Source: Lama guanicoe
Lineage: Eukaryota
Direction: 5' to 3'
Assembly: GCA_013239625.1 (NCBI GenBank)
Contig: MU053504.1
Location: 1,992,607 to 2,056,606, forward strand
Length of the DNA stretch: 64,000 nucleotides
The translations under genes were made by a program, and so were the position numbers. Of this stretch, positions 61,540-64,000 are shown piece by piece. Numbering within the stretch: position 1 is the first letter of the stretch; each line of letters opens with the position of its first letter. The notes beneath the pieces were generated by a model. That model worked only from the letters and a program-made list of their open reading frames with translations. It ran no database searches and was not told the origin of the DNA.

Positions 61540-62055
61540 CTACGGGGGGAGGACGGTGTCGGGAATGCAGGGACCACCCCTGCCAAACTCTTCCCTCGGA
61601 TCCCCTCCCCGCTACACACCAGTGCTTAGCCACACAGCCGCCCGATGTGCGGACTCCGCCCCAGCGACGGGTGGCTCTAATTGTCTAGAGGGGGAGCTCT
61701 GAGAGGGTAAGAAACTGGCGTAAAATCACGCAGTGAGCCGGAGGCAGAAGGATGTGAAGCCAAGATTCGGCAGCCCAGGACCCAAAGTCGAATCCCCACC
61801 CAGCGCCCCTACCCCCTGGTTGGAGTCACCTCGCAACGTTGTTCCGAAAGTAATTTCCATATTTGTGAGAATCCACTTTGCCTGAGTTTCCTCCGTTTAA
61901 GCCTCATAAACCTCAAGGAGGGTACTATTATCATCACCCCCATATTGCAGAAGAAGAAACTGAGGGATAATCATTTCGCCCATAAAGATACAGCTGAGGA
62001 AGCCTGGGCCCCGCTGGGCCTCCCTCAGCCCCTCTCCCTCGCGCAGCGCCGGTAC

Positions 62056-62198
62056 CCGGTAGCCGCTGCCATGACGCAGCCACCCTGCTCCGCCGCCGCC
62101 TCCCCGCAGCAGCCGTCCGGGTCGTGGCTGAGACCGAGGCTGTGGCCTATCTCGTGGGCCATGGTGGCTGCAGCGCCAATGGGGAGCTCCGAGTGGTC
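62056..62198 (-). CDS. ADAM33: ADAM33 exon ~11 (zinc-binding [12 protein letters not shown] and Met-turn CVM)
   Basis: [47 protein letters not shown]; intact metzincin HExxHxxGxxH motif. Confidence 0.97.
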
Positions 62199-62287
62199 CT
62201 GGGAGGACGTGAGATGGTCACCGCGGGCTGCGGGGACCGCCGCTCCCCGGCACCTCCCCTCCCCTTCCGGTCCCGGGTGGCGCTCAC

Positions 62288-62372
62288 CGTGCTCACGCCT
62301 CCAGAGCTCTCCTCGCGGCACATGCCCTCGACGGGCGCCAGGCCCACGGTGGCGCCCCGGAAGGCGCGGCCC
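62288..62372 (-). CDS. ADAM33: ADAM33 exon ~10
   Basis: [28 protein letters not shown]; 85 bp. Confidence 0.95.
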
Positions 62373-62456
62373 CTGAGGGAGGAGCGCAGCGTGACCCGGA
62401 TGGCCAGGAGTCCGCGCCGCCCAGGGGGGACCCGCGTGGGGGTCAGAGGCACGCAC

Positions 62457-62623
62457 GTGAGCAGCTGCGCCGAGTCGTGTGGCCTCCGCGCCCACAGCCC
62501 CCGGCGCCACTGCAGGAAAGCCCAGAGCGTGGCGTTCGCGTCTGGCGTGACGCGGCTCCGGTCCTGCTCGGTCCACACTTCCAGACCGGTCAGCGCCACC
62601 TGGATGTCCAGAGTCTTGAGAAT
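62457..62623 (-). CDS. ADAM33: ADAM33 exon ~9
   Basis: [25 protein letters not shown]...HDSAQLL(T); 167 bp. Confidence 0.95.
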
Positions 62624-62772
62624 CTGTGGGCACAGCGGGACAAGGCTGAAACGGGTGATCCGCCTTGGTGCCCGTGGGAGCTCCCTTCTTTGCTGGCCTC
62701 CGTCCCCTCTCCCCATCTCCAAGCTTGTCCCTGTCACGCTGTCACCCACGGCTCTCTCCCCAGTGACCCAAC

Positions 62773-62844
62773 TTGATCCACATAGCTGGCGACCTCCAGA
62801 AGACGTTGTTTGGTGTGGTTCAAGTTCCGGTGCTGGGTCAAGAA
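62773..62844 (-). CDS. ADAM33: ADAM33 exon ~8
   Basis: [24 protein letters not shown]; aag/gttggg boundaries. Confidence 0.93.
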
Positions 62845-62925
62845 CTTGAAAGGCAGAGAAAGGGCGATGTGAGGGGCTGAGCTGGCCACATCCAGGCCAG
62901 CCAACCCCCTTGGGGCTCCTCTCAC

Positions 62926-62991
62926 CAGGGTGTGGTCAGCCACTATGTACAGCTCCAGGTACCTCGGACTTCGGAGGGACTCCCGCCTCTC
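62926..62991 (-). CDS. ADAM33: ADAM33 exon ~7 (furin-type site R|ERR, start of metalloprotease domain)
   Basis: [22 protein letters not shown]; cag/gtgaga boundaries. Confidence 0.95.
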
Positions 62992-63227
62992 CTGGGGGGT
63001 GGCAATGGTGACCCTGAGTGGCAGGCTGCTGGGCTTGAGCCCTGACCAACCCCAGTTCCCAGAATGCACAAAGTTAACTTTAAAATTCTACTAGAACTTG
63101 TTTCTTCAGCCTCCAAATAAAAATGTCAGGACAGGAGGCCCTGAACTGGGGCTGTGCATTGCTGTCTCTGATTTTAGAGGGCTGTGGATACTGCATGCCC
63201 ACTCCCACCCCTACCCATGCCCCTGAC

Positions 63228-63417
63228 CCTGATTTGGGTGGCACGAGAAAGTCTGGCCATGTCCCCTTTGTCCCCTGGGTCCTTGTGGCTACAGGTTCCT
63301 TTCCAGCTGAGCAGCTGCTCCATCTGGAAGATCTTGTGGGTCAAGAAGTCCTCAGAGTCCCCCGCTGGCCAGGGATGCACATAATAGCTGGCATTGCTGC
63401 TGAGCGTGATCAGGCCC
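63228..63417 (-). CDS. ADAM33: ADAM33 exon ~6 (prodomain, cysteine-switch-like KGTCSH)
   Basis: ctag|GGGCCTG...ATCAGG|gtcagg; GLITLSSNASYYVHPWP...RATQIR; 190 bp. Confidence 0.94.
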
Positions 63418-63502
63418 CTAGGGTGCAAAGGAGTGCAGAGACAGGTATAAGGGAACTCTTTCCCTAGCCCCAGGCCCAGCCCCCTCCTCCAGAACTCCTC
63501 AC

Positions 63503-63579
63503 CTCATCCCAGAACAGGTGCTGAGGACTACCCAGGAGTCAGGGAAGCCCCTCACACGCCCATGGTAGTGGCAATAATC
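63503..63579 (-). CDS. ADAM33: ADAM33 exon ~5 (prodomain)
   Basis: ccag|GATTAT...ATGAG|gtgagg; [25 protein letters not shown]. Confidence 0.95.
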
Positions 63580-63772
63580 CTGGAAAGCAAGGGACCCGGC
63601 CCCAAATCTCAGCCAGGTCTGAAGTGGGAGGGGCAAGAGAGAGCCTGGTGGGGGACTGAATCCAGCTTCTCTTTAGGAACAGGAGGAGAATGGGGGAAGT
63701 GGTGCAGAGACCTCAAGGGGTGCATCCCCCACACCCCTCACCCAGTTCTCAGAGCCCATGGAAGTATCTCAC

Positions 63773-63851
63773 CGTGCGGCTGGGGACCAGCACCACTGGC
63801 TGCCCATCTGGTGTGTAGTGGGTTTCTGTGTATCCCGGGGCCAGCAGCCTG
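63773..63851 (-). CDS. ADAM33: ADAM33 exon ~4 (prodomain); gene begins beyond window end
   Basis: ctag|CAGGCTG...CACG|gtgaga; [26 protein letters not shown]. Confidence 0.93.
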
Positions 63852-64000
63852 CTAGGAGGGGTTGTTGCAGAAATGACCTAATCCAGCCTTGCCTCCTCCA
63901 GGATGCCCTTCGGTCTTCCTCCCTGAATGCTAATTGAGTAGCTCTGAGTGAAGCACCCAAAGTGTCTCTTAGGGAAGGGAAAGGAGTGACTACACATTTT

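Larger units (their letters stand above)
60540..62650. promoter_or_regulatory. Intragenic CpG-rich region over ADAM33 exons ~9-15
   Basis: Dense CpG in exons and introns (visual estimate). Confidence 0.7.

Noticed and set aside
60190..62849. + strand ORFs (up to 241 aa) antisense to ADAM33
   Set aside because: GC-rich shadow frames with no recognisable domain.
1..64000. CRISPR arrays, prokaryotic defence or operon systems, intact retroelement ORFs, rRNA/snRNA genes
   Set aside because: None seen; all repeats are degraded mammalian TEs or microsatellites.

Overview
Mammalian genomic DNA covering the conserved ATRN-GFRA4-ADAM33 block. It is probably camelid: it has a bare tRNA-Ala-derived SINE and cetartiodactyl-type L1 tails, and I saw no Alu, B1, Bov-tA, CHR-2, PRE1 or CanSINE. 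The + strand carries the last 7 coding exons of membrane-type attractin (1102-38346) and a ~4.3 kb 3'UTR. The - strand carries a complete 6-exon GFRA4 (269 aa, 55025-51147) and 19 coding exons (about exons 4-22) of ADAM33 (63851-57724). I read every exon boundary by hand; all are GT-AG and phase-consistent. Introns and intergenic DNA are mostly L1, L2, MIR, MaLR/ERVL LTRs and DNA transposons. Repeat family names and outer boundaries are from visual recognition and are approximate; TSD coordinates were read directly. I see no evidence of a new multi-gene system. The best leads are: (1) a UGA-CUAG readthrough context at the GFRA4 stop that would add a polar tail after the GPI signal; (2) a Pumilio/UGUA + hairpin + ATTAAA module in the ATRN 3'UTR; (3) a read-through route to secreted attractin; (4) a remodelled ADAM33 exon 21; (5) several unusual retrotransposition scars. 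Comparisons to human and rodent sequences are from memory and need verification.
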